Made by a program: the position numbers and the translations under genes
Notes under the pieces: model-generated
Databases searched by the model: none
What the model was told of the DNA's origin: nothing
Seen by the model: only the letters and a program-made list of their open reading frames with translations
Assembly: GCA_034530615.2 (NCBI GenBank)
Contig: JAVRCV020000026.1
Location: 1-64,000, forward strand
DNA length: 64,000 nucleotides
Origin: Aulosira sp. ZfuVER01
GTDB taxonomy: Bacteria > Cyanobacteriota > Cyanobacteriia > Cyanobacteriales > Nostocaceae
Direction: 5' to 3'
In this document: positions 49,868 to 58,950 of the stretch, piece by piece
How positions within the stretch are numbered: position 1 is the stretch's first letter
How the letters are laid out: each line of letters starts with the position of its first letter

Positions 49868-52453
49868 ATGGGTAGAAATTGGGCGATTGTTGTGGGGATT
49901 AATCACTATGAAAATCTGCGATCGCTAAACTTTGCCAAGCGAGATGCTACTGTGATGGCAACTTGGTTTCAACAAGAAGCCAGATTTGAGCAAGTTTTTC
50001 TATTTACTGATGATTCTTCCCCAATCCCTACCAATCCGCCAATTCCTACTCAACCTACTTTTGGACATTTGCGGCGATTTTTACGGGCACAGTTTGAGAA
50101 TACTTTATTAAAGCCAGAAGATAATTTATGGTTTTTCTTTGCCGGTCATGGCAATAGATATAAAGACAAAGATTATTTAATGTTCTCCGATAGTGACCCA
50201 GGAGATATAGAACATACTGCTATTTCTGTTGATTATATAACTCAAAGATTGCGGCGTAGTGGTGCTGATAATGTAGTGCTATTTCTAGATGCTTGCCGTG
50301 ATGAAAGTAGTCGCTCCGGATTGGGAATTGGTGAGCAAAGACATCAGGGAGTTATTACATTTTATTCTTGCACAGCTAACCAAAAATCTTGGGAAATTGA
50401 TGAATTACAACATGGTGCTTTTACCTATTCACTATTAGAAGGATTGCGGCTACAGGGAGAGGCTAATTGTGCCACAGTCGAGCGTTTAGCACAATATTTA
50501 AGTTATCAAGTTCCTGATGTGAATACTCGTTATGGCAAGGCAGTACAAAATCCTTATTTACAGGCAGAACCGCCTTATAAAATGTATTTTATTTTATTAG
50601 AGCAAACTGCTACACTGAGAGATGTTGAGCCATTAAAATATCAAGCCTCTCAAGCTGAAAACAGAGGTGATTTTTCATTAGCAAAACAATTATGGGTAAG
50701 AGTTTTAGCTGTATCCCGTGGTGATTGGGAGGCAATTGAAGCTATTGAAAGGATTGCCCGTAAGCGAGGAGGTTTTGAACCGACAATCTCAAATTCTGAG
50801 CCTGTGACTTTCTCAAGCGGAGGTAGATCAGTAAGTAATGAACTGTTAGCTCAAAAGCAAGAAGAACATCGGCAAAATATAGTTCGCTATCGGCAAGCTT
50901 TTTCGGAAGCAATTGAGCGAGAATATCCTCTTAATGAATCAACTCGTCGTCAGTTAAAGCAGTTGCAGCAATCTCTGCGACTCAAAGAAAAAGAAGTATT
51001 GCAAATTGAACAGCCAATTGTTTCTCCCAAGGAAGTAGAATATCAGCAACAGCAAGAGAAAATAAGACAACAGCAAGAGGAAGCAGAATATCGTCAAAAG
51101 CTACGGCAGTATGAGCAAGAATTGATTCAAACAATTGAGCGAGAATTTCCCCTAACTGAAGCAAGTCTTAGACAGTTAAGAAATTTACAACAATCCTTGC
51201 AGCTTATGGATCAGGAAGTATTGCAGATTGCACAACCAATTGTGATTCAGAAGGAAGCAGAATATCAGCAACAGCAAGAAAGAATTAGACAGCAAAAAGC
51301 AGTAGAAAAACAAATACAACAAGAGACAGAATTACAAATAAAGCAGCTGGAAGCAGAAGAAAAACGGCAGAGAGAAGAAGCCAAATATCACCAAAAATTA
51401 CGGCAGTATGAGCAGGCATTAATTGAGCAGGCATTCATGAAAACAATTAATGCAGGAAATTCCCTTGATAGTTATGTTATGCGGCTGAGGTTAAGACTAC
51501 TTCGATGGACTTTAGGACTTAAACAAACGGACATCACTGCAATTGAAGCTAGAGTTGTAGCAAGCTACGATCAATCGACTCAACCTACTCAAGAACGAAT
51601 AACTCGACAAAAGTTTTTGAAGTGGGCTGGTTTGGGAGGTGCAAGTTTAGTGACAGTAGTAGTAGGCCGTGAAATTTTTAAGAATCAGGTTGAGTTTGAA
51701 ACGGTAACTGTAGATGAAAAGGGACAGGTAATTAAACGAGATTCTAAAAAGCAACCTAAGTCCTTTAAGGAGGACTTGGGTAATGGTATAACTCTAGAAA
51801 TGGTCTCTATTCCTAGTGGTTCATTTAAAATGGGTTCACCATCAGGGGAGAAAGGTCGAAGTTCAAATGAAAGTCCCCAGCACGATGTAAATGTGCCTGC
51901 TTTTTTGATGGGCAGGTTTGAAGTCACCCAGGAACAATATCAACAAGTAATGGGTACAAATCCATCTAACTTCAAGGGAAAGAAACGCCCTGTAGAGCAA
52001 GTATCTTGGAATGATGCAGCAGAATTTTGCAAAAAGCTTAGTGATAAGACTGGGCGGAAATATCGCCTACCTAGTGAAGCAGAGTGGGAATACGCCTGTC
52101 GTGCAGGAACAAATACACCTTTTCACTTTGGCGAGACAATTACAACAGAGTTAGCTAATTACAATGGGAATTCTACTTACGCTTCTGAGCCAAAGGGTAA
52201 AAATCGTCAACAGACAACAGAAGTAGGAAGTTTTACACCCAACGGCTTTGGATTATACGATATGCACGGGAACGTTTGGGAATGGATAGATACTAATTCT
52301 AATTTTCATCTGCTGCGGGGCGGTTCCTGGAGCAACTCTCCTAGCGTCTGCCGTTCCGCTTCTCGCGTCAACGACAGTTGGGCGGGAGGCGCCATCATCG
52401 GCAGCGTTATTGGTTTTCGTGTTGTCTGCGCTGTTGGGAAGATTATTCAATAG
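49868..52453 (+). CDS. Caspase-like (C14) peptidase + helical repeats + hydrophobic segment + FGE-sulfatase/CLec domain
   Basis: FAGHG/FLDAC; about three ~75-aa RQYEQ-type repeats; TRQKFLKWAGLGGASLVTVVVG; FGE motifs. Confidence 0.92.
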   Translation: MGRNWAIVVGINHYENLRSLNFAKRDATVMATWFQQEARFEQVFLFTDDSSPIPTNPPIPTQPTFGHLRRFLRAQFENTLLKPEDNLWFFFAGHGNRYKDKDYLMFSDSDPGDIEHTAISVDYITQRLRRSGADNVVLFLDACRDESSRSGLGIGEQRHQGVITFYSCTANQKSWEIDELQHGAFTYSLLEGLRLQGEANCATVERLAQYLSYQVPDVNTRYGKAVQNPYLQAEPPYKMYFILLEQTATLRDVEPLKYQASQAENRGDFSLAKQLWVRVLAVSRGDWEAIEAIERIARKRGGFEPTISNSEPVTFSSGGRSVSNELLAQKQEEHRQNIVRYRQAFSEAIEREYPLNESTRRQLKQLQQSLRLKEKEVLQIEQPIVSPKEVEYQQQQEKIRQQQEEAEYRQKLRQYEQELIQTIEREFPLTEASLRQLRNLQQSLQLMDQEVLQIAQPIVIQKEAEYQQQQERIRQQKAVEKQIQQETELQIKQLEAEEKRQREEAKYHQKLRQYEQALIEQAFMKTINAGNSLDSYVMRLRLRLLRWTLGLKQTDITAIEARVVASYDQSTQPTQERITRQKFLKWAGLGGASLVTVVVGREIFKNQVEFETVTVDEKGQVIKRDSKKQPKSFKEDLGNGITLEMVSIPSGSFKMGSPSGEKGRSSNESPQHDVNVPAFLMGRFEVTQEQYQQVMGTNPSNFKGKKRPVEQVSWNDAAEFCKKLSDKTGRKYRLPSEAEWEYACRAGTNTPFHFGETITTELANYNGNSTYASEPKGKNRQQTTEVGSFTPNGFGLYDMHGNVWEWIDTNSNFHLLRGGSWSNSPSVCRSASRVNDSWAGGAIIGSVIGFRVVCAVGKIIQ
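52319..52431 (+). other. Putative DGR variable region of gene 2
   Basis: Runs of NNC/NNT codons between GGCGGTTCCTGG and TGGTTTTCGTGTTGTCTGCGC. Confidence 0.7.
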
Positions 52454-52498
52454 CCTTTTATATTAGTTTTTTCCCCTCTACCCTTCTTTCTTTTACCC

Positions 52499-52535
52499 TT
52501 TTAGAGTGTAGCGAAGCAGAACGATCTAATTTTTT
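52499..52535 (+). other. Conserved element downstream of caspase-FGE gene 2 (TTTTAGAGTGTAGCGAAGCAGAACGATCTAATTTTTT)
   Basis: Matches 47313-47350 on the opposite strand. Confidence 0.8.
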
Positions 52536-52585
52536 GAAAAACACAGATGTAGAGTTGATGGTGCGTTAGCCTACGGCATAACACA

Positions 52586-52631
52586 ACGCCAGCCGCCTCA
52601 ACGGGGGGAACCCCCGCACGGCGATGGCTCC
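52586..52631 (+). repeat. 46-nt structured dispersed repeat (ACGCCA...GGGAACCC...TGGCTCC)
   Basis: Related inverted copy at 53637-53682. Confidence 0.65.
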
Positions 52632-52640
52632 CCTACGTTT

Positions 52641-52830
52641 CTAGTCAGTTTTAATATTCTCATCTGATGCTTTTTCTGCCGCAGATTTTAAGCGGGTGGC
52701 TCTAATTTTACGGACGCGATCGCTATTGCGAACACCACCCGCCATTTCATATTCGCGGCTGTCTTTATCATATTTAATTGCAACTACCATCAGCATTTTC
52801 TCACAAAGCTGACTCAAGTTTTTTTCTGGC
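52641..52830 (-). pseudogene. Probable 5'-truncated remnant of a conserved cyanobacterial hypothetical protein (KYxKDSREYEMAGGVR type)
   Basis: Recognisable C-terminal motif; upstream part does not resemble the family as I recall it. Confidence 0.5.
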
Positions 52831-52917
52831 AATATAAAACCGTTCCTCTCTAACTCGGAGAAGAACGGACTCGAACAAAAGTTCATGCTAGAGAAAAGTT
52901 TGTTGAACTGACATTAA

Positions 52918-53427
52918 TTAATGGTTACAGCTACCTTGTTGATGGTGCTGTTCATGGCCGTGACTATTACAGCCGCCTTCATGATGGTGGTGTTCGTGAT
53001 TTCCACCATGTGCGCAGCCTTGTAAATCTTTGCCCATAAGGTTTTCAGCTATTTCGCGGAAGGATTCATCTACAGGTTGTAAGCCAATCCATGCGTCAAT
53101 TTTGTCTACTTCAAATCCTACCTCGCGGCGATCGCCTACTTGAATTAACGGACGGCGAATTAATAGCGGATCTTGCAGCATCAGCGCTAAAGCGGTGTTT
53201 GCATCCAGTTTTTCGGGAACCACCTCACCAGATTTTACCCTTGGCGAACTGCGATTAAACCATTCGGCTATGGGGCGATCGCCAAAAAATGAACGCAATC
53301 TTTCAGCAGTCCAAGGTTCTGCGAGTAAGCTTTGTGGTATGACTTCATGACCTGCGGCTGTTAGTAAAACTTTCTGTCTTGTACCACCTTTACAGCCTGG
53401 TTTTTCATAAAAAATTACTCTAGCCAT
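52918..53427 (-). CDS. Nitrogenase-associated ArsC/Spx-family protein with His-rich tail
   Basis: FYEKPGC, WFNRSSPRVK, PLLIRRPL; nif-linked context. Confidence 0.85.
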   Translation of the reverse strand: MARVIFYEKPGCKGGTRQKVLLTAAGHEVIPQSLLAEPWTAERLRSFFGDRPIAEWFNRSSPRVKSGEVVPEKLDANTALALMLQDPLLIRRPLIQVGDRREVGFEVDKIDAWIGLQPVDESFREIAENLMGKDLQGCAHGGNHEHHHHEGGCNSHGHEQHHQQGSCNH

Positions 53428-53530
53428 TGAGTCATCTCCTAGTTATATCTGTTATAAGGTCGGTGATTTTAAACGCAGAGTTTTTTGAGGTTAATTTGTG
53501 ACGAATTTGTGAATTCTTCTATTAAGCCTA

Positions 53531-53741
53531 AGAGGTTGTTTTAAAAGAGGTTAGTTGTGACTTTAGGCACTTATTGATACCCCCTAACCCCCTTAAACAA
53601 GGGAGAGAAAAGTTCTTAAAGTCCCCCTTATTAAGGGGAGCCACTGCGTTGGGCGGGTTTCCCGACTTGTAGCAAGTGGCGTGGATTTAGGGGGATCTAA
53701 AAGTATTTACTACATCACTAAGGACTTTTCAAACATCCTCT
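53531..53741. mobile_element. MITE-like element with nested small repeats
   Basis: TIR AGAGGTTGTTTTAAAAG / CTTTTCAAACATCCTCT; internal CCCCCTTATTAAGGGG palindrome and a 46-nt insert. Confidence 0.65.
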
Positions 53742-54351
53742 AAAACTTTTTAGCGATATGAGTTACTGGGTTAAACTCAAATCTTTCTTTGGGATCGGTT
53801 TCTCCATAGACGTTAAAAGTCACAGTTGGTTCATCACCTACTGCTTGGACACAATGAATTGTATCAGGAGTAAAACTAATAATATCTCCCGGTAATAAGT
53901 TAACTTCTGCCGTTGCTTCAATTTTATCTTGCGCATCAGGGCTAGGATTTCGCCGCCAAAAGGTGTTCTTTTCTTGACCTTTTAAAACTGCAACAATTCC
54001 CCAGGTTCCATGATTATGAATTGTCGATAATGTCCCTGGTTCAAATGTGACTGTTTGCACTGTCAAAGGAAAACCCAATTCATCATACATCAGTAAAACT
54101 GAGGTTCCAGTTTTAGCATCAGGTTCTAAATATTGATTATTTACCCAGTAAGAATTGACAATTAATCGCCTAACCAGCATTCTCAGTTCTGGTAGGCAAC
54201 TGGATTCATCATCAACATCATTGAGAACATCTTCCACTTCAGTCAAAAAGCGATAAACACGATAATTCTCACGTAGCAAATCCCATGCTCTCGCAGATTT
54301 ACACAGTTGTAACTTGCCATCGCCAGTTACAAGCAAATCCCTACCTTGCAT
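53740..54351 (-). CDS. Cupin (cysteine dioxygenase-like) protein
   Basis: IHNHGTWG, GQE, TIHCV, FNVYG. Confidence 0.85.
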   Translation of the reverse strand: MQGRDLLVTGDGKLQLCKSARAWDLLRENYRVYRFLTEVEDVLNDVDDESSCLPELRMLVRRLIVNSYWVNNQYLEPDAKTGTSVLLMYDELGFPLTVQTVTFEPGTLSTIHNHGTWGIVAVLKGQEKNTFWRRNPSPDAQDKIEATAEVNLLPGDIISFTPDTIHCVQAVGDEPTVTFNVYGETDPKERFEFNPVTHIAKKF

Positions 54352-54546
54352 AAATATTAAACCATAAATCGAAAAGAATTTAGCGGCAGAACCGGGGAGG
54401 GAGAATTAATAGGAGTAATAACTGGTGCAGGCTGAATAGGTAGGTTAGGTGCAGGAATCAAAGTAGGAAGATTAATGGCAGATAGGGAAATGAAATTATT
54501 CGATGAAAAAAGACTCATGATTTTTAACCAAATAATTGACAGATTT

Positions 54547-55032
54547 TCAATCCTCTTCTTCAGGTGGACGAGTGAGGATATCCAGCAGAATTCCCGCGCC
54601 AAAATCATTATTCTCGTCTATTTCTTTGACTCTGCTACTAATTTTCTTAGCCTGCTCGATATCTCCGAGTTTGGCTAATACTAATCCAGTAGCAGCATAA
54701 GCATTCAAATACAGCCTGATTTGCGAGTCTTCTTTCCGACTGACTAAAATCGGCTTGAGTTGCTCCCAATCTTCAGGAAATTTTTCAGCTTCCTTAATTT
54801 TATCTAATAATTGGTTAGTTGTTTGCAGAGCTAATAAATAATTATTTTTGTAATAGAAATACCTATATGCTGCTACTAAAACCTCTGTATATCCGCCAGT
54901 TTTAGCTACAGCTTGTTGCATATATTTCTCCGATTCTGATGTGTTTTCCCAAGTTTGTGCAGCCAACATCAAGAGCTTTTTGATGTCTTCTGGAACTTGG
55001 AACCATGAGAATTTATTGGTATCAACTTGCAT
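54547..55032 (-). CDS. Conserved hypothetical TPR-like protein of the cox2 cluster
   Basis: AYRYFYY and LYLNAY helical motifs; gene context. Confidence 0.75.
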   Translation of the reverse strand: MQVDTNKFSWFQVPEDIKKLLMLAAQTWENTSESEKYMQQAVAKTGGYTEVLVAAYRYFYYKNNYLLALQTTNQLLDKIKEAEKFPEDWEQLKPILVSRKEDSQIRLYLNAYAATGLVLAKLGDIEQAKKISSRVKEIDENNDFGAGILLDILTRPPEEED

Positions 55033-55107
55033 AATAATCTCCAAATGGGGCATAGGGCATGGGGTATTGCTTATTTTTTCCTGTTTTCCCTAGCCCCTAG
55101 CCCCTTC

Positions 55108-55707
55108 TTAAAACAAAGTGAGAACGTATACCAAAGTGAAGAGAATAATCCAGATGATGTCTACGAAGTGCCAGTAAATTTCTGCCATTTCGATGAAAGT
55201 ATGATTGGTAGCAGAATATTCACCGGGAAGACGCGATCGCCATAACACACGTAATATCAATAACAGTCCCACAAAAACGTGCAAACCGTGGAACCCAGTC
55301 AAGATATAAAAGCAGTTGGCGAAGACGTTGGTAGTCAGACCGTATCCTAAATTTGTGTACTCATAAACCTGACCACCCAAGAAGATTGCACCCATGATTG
55401 CAGTAATTGTGTACCACAGTTGCATTCCCTTGACGTTATTCTTTTTAATCGCCTTATCACCGAAGTGAATCACGAAACTGCTGGATACCAGGATAATGGT
55501 GTTAATCGTTGGTACAAATAGTTCTACTTCAGTTCCTTCTGGAGGCCAAACTGCTGTAATGCCTCGGAAAAACAAGAAAGTGGCAAAAAATCCCCCAAAC
55601 ATCAGGGATTCAGAAGCGAGGAAAGTCAACAATCCCCAAATTCTTAAATCTGGATGTTCTTCGTGTCCTGCACTGTGAGCTTCGCTCGTCGTTGTAGCTA
55701 TAGTCAT
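55108..55707 (-). CDS. ctaE: Cytochrome c oxidase subunit III (coxC2-type)
   Basis: FLASESLMF, TGFHGLHV, YWHFVD. Confidence 0.95.
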   Translation of the reverse strand: MTIATTTSEAHSAGHEEHPDLRIWGLLTFLASESLMFGGFFATFLFFRGITAVWPPEGTEVELFVPTINTIILVSSSFVIHFGDKAIKKNNVKGMQLWYTITAIMGAIFLGGQVYEYTNLGYGLTTNVFANCFYILTGFHGLHVFVGLLLILRVLWRSRLPGEYSATNHTFIEMAEIYWHFVDIIWIILFTLVYVLTLF

Positions 55708-55947
55708 AGATTTGTTGACAATATTATCCACTGTGTCTGTTGTGGAAGCTTGAATGAAGAATGAAGTCTGAAGCGGCAAAATTTTCATTCTTCATCCAAA
55801 ATCCTTATTTAACCTTTTTTAATCTCTTTACTCTGTGTTCTCTGTGCCTCTGTGGTTTAAAAATAATTTATTTAACCACAGAGACGCTGAGAGCGCTGAG
55901 AGAAAAAAGAGATTTTACAAGTCAGCTTGAAAGGGTTACTCTACCAA

Positions 55948-57636
55948 CTAAGCACTAGCTTCCGGCGTTGCAGATGGCTGTACTTCACTGCGATCGTGGC
56001 CGTAATCATAAGGTCCGTGAGTGACAACCGGCAACACTTCCCAGTTTTCAATTGCCGGTGGTGAGCTAGTTGTCCACTCTAAAGTCAAAGCTTGCCAAGG
56101 ATTATCACCAGCCAAAGGCCCTTTCAGCCAACTGTAAATCATGTTGATAGCGAAAGGAATTACCGATATCCCCAAAACAATTGAACCAAAGGTACAAAGT
56201 TGATTGAGGTCGATAAATTGGGGGTCATACATTGCCACTCGTCGGGGCATTCCTTTCAAACCCAACTCGTGCATGGGTAAAAAGGTAAGATTAGTGCCGA
56301 TGAAGGTGAGGGCGAAATGAATCCGTCCCAAGGTTTCATTCAGCATCCGTCCAGTCATTTTGGGGAACCAGTGATAAATACCGGCATAAATCCCAAACAC
56401 GGAACCGCCAAACAAGACGTAGTGAAAATGTCCGACTACATAATATGTGTCGTGGACATGAACATCAAAGGGGGCTGTTCCCATCGTCACACCGCTTAAG
56501 CCGCCCATGACAAACATGGATAACAAGCCAATGGCGAAAAGCATTGCACCGGTGAAGCGGATTTTACCACCCCAAAGGGTAGCAACCCAGGCAAAAATCT
56601 TCACGCCAGTGGGAACTGCAACTATGAGAGTGGAGATAGTGAAGAACATCCGCATCCAGCCGGGTGTACCACTGGTAAACATGTGGTGTACCCAAACGAA
56701 CAAACCGACAACGCAGATGGCTACGCTAGAATAGGCGATCGCTTTATAACCAAAAATTGGTTTACGGCTGTGAACGGGAACGACTTCGGACATAATGCCG
56801 AAGATGGGCAGAATCATTAAATATACTGCCGGGTGAGAATAGAACCAGAATAAATGTTGGTAAATAACAACGTTACCGCCTGCATCTGGTTTAAAGAAGG
56901 ATGTGCCAAAGTTGAGGTCAAATAATAACAGCACCAAACCGGCTGCTAATACAGGTGTGGAGAGAAGCGCCAGAATGGATGTTGCCAAGATTGCCCAGCA
57001 AAACAAGGGCACTTGATCCCATTTCATGCTGGGAACCTTCATCATCAAAATGGTGATCACAAAGTTCAGCGAACCCAAAATTGAGGAAGTTCCCACCAAA
57101 ACGATCGCAAGTATCCACATAGTTTGAGCGATTGGTGCTGTCACCAAACTCAAAGGTGGATAAGCTGTCCAACCAGATTGGGAACCGCCAAAAATGAAAC
57201 TACCTAATATGAGTAATCCGGCTGGTGGGTTTAACCAAAAAGCGATCGCATTCAGTTTGGGGAAAGCCATATCTCTAGCACCCACCATCAGCGGTACTAG
57301 ATAGTTACCAAATCCCCCAATCGCGCTGGGGACAATCCACAGGAAGATCATGATCGTCCCGTGATTGGTCATGAAAGCGTTATACAGATTGGGATCGAGG
57401 AAATCTGCTTCCGGTGTTGCTAATTCAACACGGATAGCCATCGCCATCAAGCCACCGATCAAATAAAACACAAATGCTGTCACTAGGTATTGAATACCAA
57501 TTACCTTGTGGTCAACATTAAACGTGAAGTAGTCCTGCCATTTCCACGCTGTTGGGTGTGTGGTGTGGGCTAGCACCACTGTTTGGGATTTATTCTTGTC
57601 TGGTGGCGTATTCCGGGGAAATTCTACTTTTGTCAT
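55948..57636 (-). CDS. ctaD: Cytochrome c oxidase subunit I (coxA2-type)
   Basis: DHKVIG, HPAVY, VWVHHMF, HFHY, PRR; start moved past the STRR repeats. Confidence 0.96.
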   Translation of the reverse strand: MTKVEFPRNTPPDKNKSQTVVLAHTTHPTAWKWQDYFTFNVDHKVIGIQYLVTAFVFYLIGGLMAMAIRVELATPEADFLDPNLYNAFMTNHGTIMIFLWIVPSAIGGFGNYLVPLMVGARDMAFPKLNAIAFWLNPPAGLLILGSFIFGGSQSGWTAYPPLSLVTAPIAQTMWILAIVLVGTSSILGSLNFVITILMMKVPSMKWDQVPLFCWAILATSILALLSTPVLAAGLVLLLFDLNFGTSFFKPDAGGNVVIYQHLFWFYSHPAVYLMILPIFGIMSEVVPVHSRKPIFGYKAIAYSSVAICVVGLFVWVHHMFTSGTPGWMRMFFTISTLIVAVPTGVKIFAWVATLWGGKIRFTGAMLFAIGLLSMFVMGGLSGVTMGTAPFDVHVHDTYYVVGHFHYVLFGGSVFGIYAGIYHWFPKMTGRMLNETLGRIHFALTFIGTNLTFLPMHELGLKGMPRRVAMYDPQFIDLNQLCTFGSIVLGISVIPFAINMIYSWLKGPLAGDNPWQALTLEWTTSSPPAIENWEVLPVVTHGPYDYGHDRSEVQPSATPEASA

Positions 57637-57760
57637 ATTTTTGTCCTTTGTCATTTGTGGTTTGTCATTTGTGGTTTGTCGTTTGTCATTCATGCTTTGT
57701 CCTTGATCCGATGACCAATGACTAATGACCAATGACCAATGACCAATGACCGATGACTAA
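57628..57760. repeat. STRR heptamer arrays (TTTGTCA / TGACCAA)
   Basis: Runs in the ctaC-ctaD intergenic region. Confidence 0.85.
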
Positions 57761-58734
57761 TGACTCTTGACCAATGACTCTAGAGTTGTTGCACTCACTC
57801 CCATATCATGGACATGGGGAGCAAGAAACTCTGATGTTGATAAATCGGTTGGGTTAACCGCGATCGCTTGCTGCAAATCTTGCTTTTGAGCAACTTGATT
57901 TTCTGTCAACCAGCTATCAAACTCTTCTGGTGTGTGGACAATCACCTGCGATCGCATTGAGCCGTGATAACCACCGCAAAGTTCAGCGCAAACTACAGGA
58001 TATGTACCGGGTTTGGTGGCGACAAATCGCAGTTGGGTAGCGATACCGGGAATTGCGTCTTGCTTCAGGCGGAAGTTCGGCACCCAGAATGAGTGAATTA
58101 CATCTTGTGCTGAAAGATTGAGTTGCACATCAGCACCAACCGGAACGTGCAATTCCCCAGAGGTAATGCCACTATCGGGATAGTTAAATATCCAGGCGTA
58201 TTGCATCCCTTGAACATCTACAACCAAATCGGCTGCTTTGTTTTGGTTTGTGGAAGACGAACCAATACCGATTGTGGGTGCAGTTTTAGCTTCTGAGGGA
58301 TTATCCAGGGTAGCGGCCATTGCACTTCCACTTACATGAGCAACATGCGCTGTACCATGAGGATGACCTGCTGGGTCTAATCCTCCCATTCTGTTAAAAA
58401 CATCTACGCTGTAAATGCCTAAACAGAGGACAATCACCGATGGAATTGCCGTCCAAAAAATTTCTAGGGGAACGTTACCTTCAACGGGTACACCATCGGT
58501 ATTATCTCCCCGACGGCGACGGTACTTCACTAGAAAAATTATAATTGTTCCTTCTACTACCAAAAATAGCGCGATCGCAATGGTAAACATGATGTTAAAA
58601 AATCCGTCCACCATCGGCGCTTGTAGCGATGCTTGCTCTGGGAATAGATTATGGTGTTGACCAATCCAAATGCTGATTGCTGTAACTAATACACCAGCAA
58701 CTAAAGTCCAAAGTGAAACAGGAATTTGTTCCAT
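57757..58734 (-). CDS. ctaC: Cytochrome c oxidase subunit II (coxB2-type, CuA)
   Basis: DVIHSFW and CAELCGGYHGSM CuA motif. Confidence 0.95.
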   Translation of the reverse strand: MEQIPVSLWTLVAGVLVTAISIWIGQHHNLFPEQASLQAPMVDGFFNIMFTIAIALFLVVEGTIIIFLVKYRRRRGDNTDGVPVEGNVPLEIFWTAIPSVIVLCLGIYSVDVFNRMGGLDPAGHPHGTAHVAHVSGSAMAATLDNPSEAKTAPTIGIGSSSTNQNKAADLVVDVQGMQYAWIFNYPDSGITSGELHVPVGADVQLNLSAQDVIHSFWVPNFRLKQDAIPGIATQLRFVATKPGTYPVVCAELCGGYHGSMRSQVIVHTPEEFDSWLTENQVAQKQDLQQAIAVNPTDLSTSEFLAPHVHDMGVSATTLESLVKSH

Positions 58735-58781
58735 ACATACCACCTGCTCTGTAAAACGCCGTCAAAGGGAATTAATTGGGT

Positions 58782-58950
58782 ATTGGGCATGGGGCATGGG
58801 GCATGGGGCATGGGGCATGGGGCATGGGGCATGGGGCATTGGGCATGGGGCATTGGGCATGGGGCATTGGTAATTTCTCCCCTTTGTCCCCCTTGTCCTC
58901 CTTGTCCCCCTTGTCTCCCTTGTCTCCCTTGTCCTCCTTCCTGTCCCTAA
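58782..58950. repeat. STRR arrays (TGGGGCA)n and 9-mer (CCTTGTCCC/CCTTGTCTC)n
   Basis: About 12 heptamers followed by several nonamers. Confidence 0.92.

Noticed and set aside
46400..52900. Complete DGR cassette
   Set aside because: No reverse transcriptase, avd or adenine-rich template repeat; both repeat copies are in-frame gene ends
57637..57732. Extended N-terminus of ctaD
   Set aside because: Derived from heptamer repeats; ATG 57636 gives a normal subunit I
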